A stretch of 64,000 nucleotides of DNA. Source: Camelus dromedarius. Taxonomy: Eukaryota. The notes beneath the pieces were generated by a model. It saw nothing but the letters and a program-made list of their open reading frames with translations, searched no databases and had not been told where the DNA came from. This document shows, in pieces, positions 35,531-47,597 of the stretch (its first letter is position 1; the number at the start of each line of letters is the position of its first letter). Where the stretch lies: NCBI RefSeq assembly GCF_036321535.1, contig NC_087437.1, positions 56,360,001 to 56,424,000 on the forward strand, given 5' to 3'. The position numbers were made by a program, and so were the translations under genes.

Positions 35531-38500
35531 AGTGATATAACAGATAAAGGGGACAGGATGAAAACATAAATGAGGGGAGGAAAGGAGACGCCTTGCTTGG
35601 AGAGAGCCCACTTGGACCAGGAGATGGTGTATGAGCACTGGAGTCATTGAAGATCAGACTTTAAAGAGGTGAGCAGAGGCTGTATTTTGAGGACCTTACC
35701 TATCCTGTTGAGGAATTTTTTGCTTAATCCTGTAAGGCAAGGAGAAGCATTGAATGTTCTTGAAGAAGGGAGGAACATTATCAGATCTGTGTTTTAGACA
35801 GGTCTGGCAGTGGGTGTCAAGGCACTGTAGCGTAGAAAGGGAATAGGTGGGGCAATTAATGAGCATTCTATTATAATTGTCCAAGCAAGAACATCTGAAT
35901 TCCCAGAGCTCTCTTCTGCTCTCACCGAGGGAGGTGACTCAGAGTCATCACAAGAGGTTGCTCAGGACCATCCTGGGAATTAAAAAATGTTGGTGTACAT
36001 TGCAAGGCAAAGTGATTCAACCTATGGCTAATGTTGTCAACTAATATCCTTATAGCATGCCTAGATCACTGTTCTTTAAAATCCCCTGATGCTTCTGCCT
36101 TTGGTATGTGAAGAGCACGAGAAACTGCGTATGTAATTGGAGCACTGACTGAGATGAAATTGGCATCGGCAGCCACATCAGTATCGTCTTAAGAGGAAGA
36201 TCTTTTAAAAATAAATATTACTTATTTTGCTTAGTAAAATAATGCTTTTTGGTTTTACTTGGTGGTAATAGGAGTATTCCCATGTGTCAGTTCAATGCCT
36301 ATCAGTCTGCAAATTACAAGTCCATTATCTCATTTGATTTGACAACAACTCTGCAAGGTCAGTTTGGTCTGAATTAGTGTAAGTGAGAAAACTGAAGCTG
36401 GGCGGTTGTGACAACCATCAAGGGCCCACTTTGCCCTCGATGATTCAAGAGCTCTCGCTGCAGATTCATGGATTCGGTGCACGCTTTTCATTTCACTCTG
36501 TGCACCACTGCCTTCTTGGGACACGTCTCCGGTTCTGCTGTGTCTCTGTTCTAAATCTGTCCATAGCTTTTGGACTTCGTTACCTTTAAGGTCTGTTTCC
36601 ACCCAGAAGGCAGGCTCCTGGTAACCCAGGTGTTACAGCTCCAGCTGTCTGATTCCTCACCCTCTTGCAGGATTTTAACTGCCTTCCATCGGAGCACAGA
36701 ACACTAAACACAGGATAAAGAGGAAAGCCTTCTGTCCAAGAGCACACATGAGCAGGTACCTTAACATCCCTGGGAGATCCACACATCTTTGAATAAGGCA
36801 TTCCATTAAGTCTCCCCTGACAGCACTTCCAAGCACATACTCCTGAATGTTTAAAAATCCTAACTCCTGGCTTTCTACTTGTCAAAACACAGCAGAACTC
36901 ACTTGCTTGTCTCGACTTATTGAAAACACACACTTACACCCAGTGCTGTATCACTGAGGCATCAACAGTGAACAGCAAGTGAATGCAAAACTTAGAACCT
37001 CCACTCAGTGCACCCCTGCAGTGGTTTTTCCTCCCAGAAGAAGCCCTCCGGCATATCCCGTTAGGATGACAACCTCAGGTCCTGTACGTTGGGGAGTCGA
37101 GGATTGTTGCTGTTATTAACGCAGCTCCCTGAAACATGGCTCAGGGGGCAGGAGGAGGCATATAGAAATCAAGGTTTCCTAGCTGCCGTTAAAAGGAGTA
37201 CTTGTAATGGTTCTCTGAGAATCCTGCATCGTGGGGTCTAAGAATAAACCGCTGGCTTTGCAAATAGGCTAGGAAAGGATGTTCTGGTTTAGAGTCTGCC
37301 AAACCTGTCTCCACCTGGCTTTCCAAGTTCCAGTACAGTGTACTTTCTTCTGTAACATGCGGCTTCTCCTGCTTTGCTTCTTCCACGTGAGAACTGCCCT
37401 AATTTCTTTCTACCAAACATGTGGGTTTTCTGCTTCCTGAATTTGCTACAGTATTTAAGGGGAAGTTTGGGAGAACTGAAAGCTAGTCTTCTAGCAATAA
37501 ACAAATAATAGCTAAGAAATTGAAGTTCTTACTATGGGCTAGGTGTCATAAAGTTCTCTCGCACGATCCTCAGACCTCATTCCTTGAGGTGTTTCCCTCA
37601 CCCTGTTCACCAACTTGGAAACCGAGACTCAGTGCGGTTAAGAAGCTTGCACAGCTACAGAGGATTCGCTTCCAGGCCTGTGTGATGCAAAGCCCGTGCT
37701 GAAACCCTGTGCTTTGCTTCAGTGTGCTGCGGGGTACCATCTGTCCCAAGGCCCCATCCCCCTGCTTACACACGTATGAGCATCTTGTAAACAATGCTCT
37801 GCTCTGCCTGATGGCTCCCTAGAAACCTAGCTTGGGTGAGCTAGCTCACTGGTCACTTATGGCTTCCTACTCTCCTTTTTCAGTCTAGGAGGCTTAAGGC
37901 TTAAGGCCCAGACAGCAGAGGAGGTGCCATAACCAACTGATGTCAGTTCTTCCTGTTTTAATGGCATTTTCATTTCCTCAGTATGCTTTGGGGTTTGGAG
38001 AGGCAGGTAGGGGACCAGGCACCTTCCAAACACCCTAGTCTCCTGTTTTTGACAGTGAGCTCTAGGGAGACATGGAAATGATGCATTTAAATACTGGAAC
38101 CACTGGGTTAAACGTCCAGAGGTGTCCGTAGAAGAGACATGGCTCCAGAGACCTCAACCAGGACAAGTAGGTAGAAATTCCAGGGGATCCAAATCCTACT
38201 TGACATAATGAGATACTTGTTACACTTCAGTCATATGGAAACTAAACTGATAGTGATGTCACCATTCCTAGAGATATTTAGAGAGCCTCCTACCCCCATC
38301 CACTTGGCAAGGATGTTCCAGAGAGAAGTGAGTATCGGAAAAAAGAAGTTTGAATAAAAATGACATTTGAGGGCCTTTCCGGCCTCGAGGTTCTGTCTTG
38401 AATTCACTGAAGAAACTATATCTCGGGAATAAAGGTTTCCCCTTGTTATAATTGACACCAACTAGTGATATCGCCTCCTCCCTCCCCACTGTGTTTCCCC

Positions 38501-41500
38501 CATCTGAACAACTACTCGATTTAAGAAGGGGACTCAGGATGAGGAAGGATGTGGTTTCTTCCCGCTTGGCAGCACTCCGGGTCAGAATGGAAGACTTGTA
38601 TCTGGGCCTGGCACGGATCCGTCGGGCCCTCTTACCAGCCCGGTCGTGTCTGTGACCAGAGCACGTGGGAGGTGCACATCCGTGTAGAAAAACCTCCCTC
38701 TGGCTGCCAGCTCTGGATTTTTTTTTTTTTTTTAATTACTAATGAATGGAGTCTTGCCCAGGGCAGACCTCTTGGAGGAATGAAGACACGCCCTGAAACA
38801 AGCCCGGGTCAGACCAGACTCGCATCCCCTGCAAAATACTCCCTCTGCACTTGGCAGCATGTGAGGAGTGTCTTTGAGAGCAGTCTCTTCTCACCCGATC
38901 AAAGGAGAGCCGCTCGCAAGACAGGATGTCAAAAGGGCAAAGCTCCTTTTTTTTCTTCTTTTTTTTTTCTTTCCCTGTTTTTTTTTAATTGGCTTACTAC
39001 TAATCTGAAAGCTGTGCTGTTCAAGAATGATAATCCTTTGATGTGATGTCAGACTTGAGACATTTCCTCGGTTCTTGAAGGAAGGAGTGCTAAAATGATA
39101 GAAAATGTCCAGCAATTGATTAACAGCTTTGGTTTCAAAGAGTAAGCGTTACCCAGACTGGCGGTACTGCATGTAAGAACAGACAATGCCTTTGAATGAG
39201 ATACGGTGATCTTTCCCCGCAGGACTGACCAAGACTTTACCCATCTCCAACTCAGTTCATTTGTTTGTTTGTTTGTTTGTGTGTTTGTTTAAATGAAATG
39301 GTATAACCAAGTATGCTTTGCTCAAATCTGTCGCGTTTGGGTAGTTCAACCTGGGAAGTCCTATTCCTTACAGGGACACTTCAGGAACTCACAGCTGCCG
39401 CCTGTCAGGTCAGCCCCACTGTCCCCAGAAATCAACATGTTTAAATTGTCATAGCTTCAAGGATTCCTTTAGGGGTCTGGCCCAACACGGCCCGGGGGTA
39501 CTTTGGCCAAGATTTCACGTACCTGCCATTCATCTTCACGAAGTCCTGGGAAGAGAACAGCGGCTTTGGCTGTCCTGGCAGCTGGCTCAGGGCTCCCGCG
39601 CCCAAGTAGCCGTCTTCCCTTGACTCAGGACCATTGCTTATTTAAACGTGGCTCTTTCCTGGGCTGTAAATTGCGTGTTATTTTTAGGGGACAGTTATAT
39701 TTCTTAGTAGCTGTTCAGAGTTGGGAAGCAGCCTGGCTTCACCAGAGAAAAGCTTGACCTGGGAATCAAAAGCCCCCGTTTCACATTTTTGCCAGGAAGC
39801 CATTGACCTCGTGAACGTCACCTCTCCCTCCGAGGCTCCTGCTTTCTGAGCAGTATCCCAAATAACATTATTTGACTTCTGAGCCTTTGCTGATTTTCTA
39901 GAGGTCATCTTGATGAGAAGGTAGATAAAGAGGGGAGAGAATTAAAAAAAAAAAAAAAACAGCCAAGTGGAGATTAAGTCTTAGGAAACTATGTCCTCTG
40001 TTTTAAATAGAGGAAGGCTTTGTTGCAACAAGCTTTTCCTGCAAATATATGAAATTCTGTCTGTGTTGTATAATACAGGGTATTCGGATTTCCCCTATGT
40101 GTCTTATTTCTCTTTGCTAAGACCTGACTAGGAACATGAATCACAGCCATGAGGAAGTTTAGAAATTACCAAGTTTAATTCATTCATTTTACACGTAACA
40201 ACCTTAAGGCCCTTATCCAGACTTACACAGAGCCTTGAACTCAGATCTCCTGCCTTCTTGGGCAACTCTCTTTCAAAAGCATTACCTATTCAGTTTATTT
40301 AGCAATGATGAGTCTTTAGAGGAAGAATCAGGCCAGATTCTCAAAGCTGATTGCCTCTAAACAATAGGTTGGTGACTAGAAGAACATACTAGCAAGATCT
40401 GATTTATGTGTATGCGTTATTTTCTCCATGATAAATGTTTTGGACGTAAGTGCCCTTTCGTGTAGCTATCTTTTTGGCCAACATATAACACCCTTCTTTC
40501 TCTTAGGTTGAGAAGGTCTCTTTTCCAAGGAAAACCATGCCTTATAACTCATTCCCAGTTCCCCGCCAGGGCCACTCACCTTCACAATTCTGATTACAGC
40601 ATTTCCTAAGGTAAAACCTCAGCTCGCTGAAAACACTCAGTTCTTTCAGGGATGTAGAGCGTTAGGAAAAGTTAAGATTTCAATTCCTTACAATTTTGTA
40701 CTCATGGCGTAGCCACAAACAAAGGATAAGATTCAACCTGTCCTGAACTATGGCTCTGATTGTTTCCAACAACCAACTGACCTTGGATCAATCCTGTGCT
40801 TTTATTTTTCTGAGTGAGGAGGTTGGCCCAAGGCCTTCGGCAGGTCTTCTGTGATCAAGGATCTTGTAACTGGTTTAATAGTGTGTCTTCCTAAAGTGTA
40901 TTCCATACCACACAGCTATCTTGTAGTGAGAATCCTGAGAAATTATACCTTTAATTAATAATGCAGAGCCATCACTGTGAGCATCAATTATTTTTTACTG
41001 TGCATAATGATGTCCCCAGGACCTACTAAAATATGTAGGACTCCAACACTACAGAGTCCCAGACCTCCAGATCACTGTTTTCTATTTTTCTTTTTGCTCT
41101 TTAGTTTTCTTGTTTGCTTTTAATAGCTCAGCTTTCCCACTGCCATCAGCATGCCTACTCATAAAAGCCTTGCCTTTCATCCCGATTTGCTACTCTCTGT
41201 GCTTTGGCATGAAGACTCAGATAACCAAGTTGCTAGAATGAGGAGCTGAGGGGTATACTATAAGCAAAGTTGATTAATTTTGTTTAGGTTGATGCAGAAC
41301 TCACTCTGGTTGCTGCTTAGAGCACTGATTTTTGGCTACTGGGTATTTGCTTGATGATTGACACAGTCTAGTAGTTGCATTACCAACTGCTGAGGTGTAA
41401 CTATATGCCTTTGATTCTGTGTGTTTTTTGTTTTCTTCTCTTTTAAATGTTACACTTCTTAACCACTAGAATCACTTCAGATTTTACTGTGGTCTTCTCA

Positions 41501-41569
41501 GTTGATGCTATGGACCCTGTGGATTTTTAAATTAATACTAGAATCACTATAAGCCTAAGTGCAGTATGA

Positions 41570-41930
41570 AAAGAGCACATTTTCGAAAATAATCAAAATG
41601 TCATCAATAGGGAAATGGTTAAACACACTGGTATAGCTGGACAATGGAATTGTATTTAGCCATTAAAAGGAATGAAGTATAATTTTATGAACTGATCTGG
41701 AAAAATGTGCATGATATATCGTTAAATAAAAGAAGCAATTTGTAGACCAACACATGATTCAATTTTTATAAAAAAGAAAAAGAAAACAATTATACATGAC
41801 AACATAGAAAAATCTGAATTAATAGTTACATTTGGTTATGTTGGCAGTGGGGTTAATGAAGGCTGAAAAGAGAGGAGAAGGGGACATAATCTTTTTACTT
41901 CCTACCTAATATATTTTTTTAAAGGGGTAT
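41570..41930 (+). mobile_element. Old L1 (L1ME/MC) 3' fragment, sense orientation
   Basis: aatgtcatcaatagggaaatggttaaac...acaatggaattgtatttagccattaaaaggaatgaag. Confidence 0.65.
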
Positions 41931-43325
41931 GATAGGATTGTAGGTAATCACCCTAGTGTCTTATTATGAAAATTTAACAGCATACAGCAAAGTTGAAAAT
42001 GTGCTAAAGGAAACACCCATATAAGCACTACCTGGATTCCACCTTTAGCATCGTATGCCTGCTTTATCACTTATCTATCCATGTTTGTACCTCTAGGTGA
42101 TATTTATATTTTTCAGTATTTTCAGACTTATTTAAAGAATTCACCTGGAGCCTCCTGCTAAATGAAACTCATAGCTTATCCCAAAGAGCTAGAATGCCAT
42201 ATTCACAGATTTTGCTGGTTTGGACAGACACTGAAACAAACACTGATAGAGGATTTATTAGACCTCCTTACCTTAATTATCTTACACACCTTTTGTCTTC
42301 TTCGTTTATTATTAATGATGTTGGCAGAGGAGGCAATGAGCTTTTCCATTAGGGTCTGGCCACTTCCTTGAATTTCCTAGGCGTCCTTTGAGCTCCTCCA
42401 TCCTCTGTTACCACGCGTTGACACTGTGCTGTGCCTTTCCACGTAGACAGCTGTGCAAACCCTGTACACTCTGATAGCCTCATTTGGCTCTCTTTTCCAA
42501 TATATCACATTTTGAAATGTTTCTGGAAATTACCAGGTTTTGAGAATAAATGCAAATTATTTGTGATTCGCCTGAGCCACTGCTTGATTTTGTGGTTCTG
42601 AATGCCAGACCCTGTAAGAAGCTTGGGACAGACCATATTTTGTTTTGGTCCTACACAGATTCATTTGAAGAATGTTTTCAAATAAATTCAGCTGAGAATG
42701 GGCTGTGATTTGCAGAGAGGCAGTTATTTTAAAGAACAATAATGATTTGGGTACTTAGTTATAAATACAAAAATGTGGACTATGAATAACTCTGGACCAG
42801 ACCTAATTTCTTGGATGTTTCATTCTGCATACTTTACTTTGACAGCTGCAATTTGCCTACCTTGTTGGTGAGCATATGTACTTCCCCCCCTGACAAAAAG
42901 GGAGTCACATTCATATAAGATCTCCATCATTTCTCTCTGGCTTGCCATTCTAGGCCTGTTTCCCATAATTCCTTGTCTGCTCCCCTGCAGATTACATTCT
43001 GGTCTTACCAGATTTATTTTGCATTTTTCTAAGTAGTTCATGCACTTTTCTGCTTTCACAACGTTACTCAACTTATTTTAATATTATTATTTTTGCAATT
43101 CCTTCTTATTTTTCCTTCCTTTCCTTCCTCTTTACTTACCCACTCTTCTCTGTGTGATCTCTCTGGTCCTCACCACCTACACAGACATACACAACTATTA
43201 TCTCTGCATCTCTAACTGTTTAAATGCAGGGTCTTCTTTCTGAAGCTTCTCCACTCCTGTGGGCTAGAGGGAATCACTTCTAAACTTCACATTTCCATAG
43301 CCTTTTATTTACACTTTATCATTTA

Positions 43326-43490
43326 GGCTGTTGCTTCTCAGTTTATGATCTGTGAAGCAGCAGCTAGAGCAGCCTCTGGGGGTGGACTAGAAAGAGAATC
43401 TTGAGTCCTGTCCTAGACTGGATGAATGAGAATCTCCGTTTTACATAGATCTCCAGGTCATCCTGACACACTACTATTTGAGAAACAGCA
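43326..43490. mobile_element. MER5-like hAT-Charlie DNA transposon (MITE)
   Basis: Termini ctgttgcttctcag ... tttgagaaacagc; internal gaatgagaatctccgttttacatagatctccaggtca. Confidence 0.65.
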
Positions 43491-44387
43491 TCTTAGGACA
43501 GATAACCTAGCTTTGCCTTTCACTCGATTGCTTTTGGGTCATGGATCCTGATAGACCGTGTCTTGTGATCAGGGACTGTGTCTTTTCCTCTTTCATCTGC
43601 GGGGCACGGTGGATGGTTTTGCACTCAGTAGAGGCCTTTCAGTGTGTGTGGTTGAATAAAAGCCTATTCTTTCAATGAGGAGGTTATATGAGGGAAATAC
43701 GTGGATGCAGGGTATTTTCATGATTCTTGTCAGCAAACTATCTTTCAGACTTTCTCATTCCTGTCATTGCTATGGCTAGGTTGGGTTTTACAGTCCCTGG
43801 TCCAAAAGAGCTTATCCCATTATCAAATCTGTTTTCTCCTCCCACTTCTTTGAGAAGTGTCACAATGACTTGGGGCATTGGAGCTTGCAGAAGCTCATGT
43901 GAATTCACTGTCCAGGGGATTGCATTTAAGGCACAGAGAAACACTTTGTATACATATTTTATTAATAGAGTTGCATCTGTACAGCTGACATAATTGTATA
44001 TTTGTTTCAAGAATTGGAAGGCTGATCACAAATCAGAGTAAGCTCCAGTATCAGATTTTGGTGCATCTGATCTCAGGAAAATGATGTTTTAGTTGATTAT
44101 ATTTGCTTTTTGAAAATTTGAAAAGGGAGAAGCTTTATAATTTTAAAGAATTTTTTCTATCTTCTGTTGTAGATTCTTTTCAGATTCTTTCTCCCACCAT
44201 CTCCATCTTTCATACTTTCCCTGGAGTTATTATTTTTATTATTGTCTGTTCCTTCTGTCATCTCTTCTGGTCACAATATGTTTGTTTTGTAGTTTTCCTA
44301 GTCATTCCACTCATCATTCCCATCCTCAAAACCTCTGAATTGTATAACTCTGATGATGCCGCTGAACCTTCACAAAAATGCTGAGTG

Positions 44388-44600
44388 TAATTAATAAAAT
44401 TACAATTAACATAAATGAATAAAATAAGTAAATCAAATAGAATAAGTAAATCAAATAAAACAATAAATATGCAAATAATAGCATAATTAAAATAAACATA
44501 ATAAAATAAATACAAATAATTATAATAAAGTAAATATAGATAATATGACTATAAATTAAATAAAATAAAATTAAGTAAAAATCAAATAAATAAATAACCA
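44388..44600. repeat. AT-rich low-complexity tract with internal duplication aataagtaaatcaaata
   Basis: Almost purely A/T and A-biased on the + strand. Confidence 0.85.
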
Positions 44601-45554
44601 AACAGTAGATTTTTTGACCTACGTAAGAATAAGCCCAGTGGATACTTGCTTTTTTTCTTGTTATTAAAAACACATCTTGAGTACGTCATGCCTGTTAAAT
44701 CCATTTCATTTAGATTATAAAACTAAAATTGTTTGAATACTTCTTTTTACTTATATTCATTCAGTAATTTATTTAGGGGATATTTTCTAAGTCTGTTCTC
44801 TCCTTGTGGCATTGTAATGAATACAAAAATGAATTATAAAAGACAAAATAAAACCTGTTTTTCCTTCAAGACTTTAAAGTGCTCACAATAAATAAGAGAT
44901 AAGAAATGTTTAGGAATAACCATAATACAACGTAGAAGAGGGTAAATACTAACAAATGCTTAACAAAATTGTCATAGAATTTTTGTTTAGAGAAATCCCG
45001 GAGGTACTGGATATGCAGAAAGAGCAGAAAGTTGATTAGACCATTGAGGGACTAGTCTCTATGAATTATGATTACTGTTATCCACATTCGTATTCTCATT
45101 CTGTCTCTCTCTTTTCTTTTTATCTCACTGTCTCCTTCCATCCCTCTCTTATCTCCTCCCCCTTCCTTAAGGCTTCTGTTTAACTTTCATCCTTTTTTTC
45201 CTTCAATTTTTATCTTTGGTGGACCAGTATTTTCATGATGTCCATTATGAAGCTGACATCCTCAAAAGGCACAAAGTTCTTTTTTTAGAAGTCATTCTGT
45301 GACCTCCTTTCATGAGCCTGTCTACAGGGAAATTTCTACCTGTCTTGGATGTAGAATTAACCATTTATTTGTTTTCATAGATATCAATACTTACTTGTTA
45401 TTTTAAAATTTCTTTTGCTTTTTCTTCCAGAAGTTCATTTGGCCCTTTCTTCTGGTTTTCCTGCCAGTTTGTAATAACAAAAATTAGTCTTTCTCATGTG
45501 TGTCTGCGCTTTAGGTTTCCCCCCTTATTTTAGTGAAAATTATACATTATGGGT

Positions 45555-46021
45555 TGTGAACGAAAAATACCGCAAACCATATCAGTAAGCTAAGAATGCT
45601 GAAACCATCAAGTCATCAACTGCCGTCACCCCCCCCCCCCCCCCCGTGAAGACAAGCCTGCAGTCCGGCCTCTGCAGCCACTCACAATGGTGCACCCTGA
45701 GGGGACTCAGAATAATAGAGGACAAGATACTGGCCCTAGATAGCTAGGTGCTTGTCAAAGGAATGAATTCAATGAGCCCAAATGTTTGCTTCCTCCCATA
45801 CATAGAAAAGCACTCAATTCTTTAACTTGAGATGCCTGGTTTTCTTTAGTTAACAAGTAATCTTTTAATGTTCCAACTACCTGGCTTTGTTGTAAAGCTC
45901 CTATATATCCTAGCTCCTCCCCTACCTCTTGGGAGCCGTCCCTCAGAGCCATCTGAGAGGCTGTCATCCTGGCTCAAGTCATCCCGCCAACTTTCAGGCT
46001 GCGCATTTATTTCAGTCAACA
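45555..46021 (+). mobile_element. ERV1 solo LTR, MER41-like cetartiodactyl family, 467 bp
   Basis: TG...CA termini (tgtgaac...cagtcaaca); 4-bp TSD GGGT at 45551-45554 and 46022-46025; TATA-like tatata ~45902; internal C17 run at 45629-45645. Confidence 0.8.
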
Positions 46022-46033
46022 GGGTTTAGGAGG

Positions 46034-47210
46034 TGTTGGGGGAATATAGTTAAAAACAAAACCTCTCAAGGTAGAAATCCTCTTCACAAAGGTAAGAGAG
46101 AAGGAAAACACTTTTATTATTCAATAAGCATTAAAATAGAATGTGATGAGAATCACAGGCAATCCACCAAGAGGCTGCAAAAACAGAAAGAAATCTCAAG
46201 CGGTCCACTGCATACATGTTTTCAAGACAAACGGTTAACTTGTTCTCAAGTAAGAGGACTTGGTAGCATCATTTCCAACATAGTTCATCCTGACATTACT
46301 TGGTAATGGAGGTGATCACCTGTGTTAGTAAATTGGCTTTAACCAAAAGGAAAACTTCTCATATCTTTCATTTTTAAAATTATGATTTATTGTAGTAAGA
46401 ATACTTAACATAAGATGTACACTCTTGACGACAATTGACGCCTGCAGTGCAGTGTTGTTCGCTGTAGATGCGATATTGTACAGCAGATCTCCAGGGCTGA
46501 TGCACCTCTTTCAACCAAAAAGCTTTATTCCCATTGATTACGAACTCCCATTTCCCCTTCCCCCAAGGCCATGACAACCGCTATGCCACTCTGGTTCTAT
46601 GAATTTCACTATTTTAGATAACTCATTTATGTGGAATCATGCAGTATTTGTCTTTCTATGACCAGATTCTTTCACTTAGCACAATGTCCTCCAAGTTCAC
46701 CCACGTTGTCACCTTTTGCAGAACTGCCTTCTTTTTTAAAGCTGAATGGGATTACATTGTATGTTTCTACAACATTTTCTTTATCCATTCATCTGTAGAT
46801 GGACATTTAGTTTTTTTCCACATCTTGGCTATTGTGAATAAGGGGACTTAAGGTATCCTGATTTCAAATGTATCTCAATTTTTTTTTTTTTTTGGATCAA
46901 TACCCAGAAGAGGGATTGCTGGGTCTGATGTGGAGTGGTTTTACGACTGAGCAAGGTTTCCACTGATGCTTCTGCTCTCTCACGACAAAGGGGAGGTAAC
47001 ACCCCTCCCTGTCTTGATGTTTGCATTTCAAAGAGATGCCTCCCCAGGCCTTTGAGAAAGAACTTCCTAGTAACAATTACTGGTTTTCTAAAGTAATGCT
47101 CTGACCAATAAAAGAAAAAAAAGGGAGAGAGAAGGAATTCATTCTCCTCCCTTCTGTTCAAAAAAGAGAAATAAAGCTTCTTATTTTTAATTTGTATTTG
47201 TTCTTAAATA
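46034..47210 (-). mobile_element. Older ERV1 LTR (MER89/MER90-like) split by an L1 insertion
   Basis: LTR-like segments 46034-~46372 (minus-strand AATAAA in ttttatt) and ~46938-47210 (tttgcatttcaaagagat); possible TSD GAGG at 46030-46033 and 47211-47214. Confidence 0.55.
46373..46935 (-). mobile_element. L1MA8-10-like LINE-1 3' end
   Basis: gtaagaatacttaacataagat...ttgtacagcagatctc...gtggaatcatgcagtatttgtctttct...cccagaagagggattgctggg. Confidence 0.8.
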
Positions 47211-47379
47211 GAGGCTAGGACATATTTTAGTATGTTAAGCTAATTCAGTTTAGAACGAAAGTGTTATTTTTTTCTGAGTTCGTGATCAACTAGAGATTCA
47301 GCTGAGGTTTTTCTTTAACCTTGCATAATAAATTATATACCTTCATAATGGAATCTGATTTGAAAATCCATTAGCATTT

Positions 47380-47597
47380 AAAACATTTTTATTTCCTATT
47401 ATGGTAAAATAGACATCAAATTTACCATTTTAACCATTTTGAAAGTGTAGAGTTCTGTGGCATTAAGTACATTCACATTGTTGTGCAGCCATCACCACCA
47501 CCCCTCTCCTGAACTTTTTAATCTTCCTCAACAGAAACTGTACCCTTTAAACACTGACTCCCTATTCCTTCCTCTCCCAGCCCCTGGCAACCACCAT
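47380..47597 (-). mobile_element. L1MB-type 3' end fragment
   Basis: aaatttaccattttaaccattttt...gtggcattaagtacattcacattgttgtgca; 11-bp TSD cattagcattt at 47369-47379 and 47598-47608. Confidence 0.85.

Noticed and set aside
38549..39046. 165-aa ORF (longest in the window)
   Set aside because: GTG start, crosses poly-T tracts giving poly-Phe, no homology recognised
44103..44673. Hydrophobic, membrane-protein-like ORFs
   Set aside because: Artefact of the AT-rich low-complexity tract (Phe/Ile/Leu/Tyr codons)
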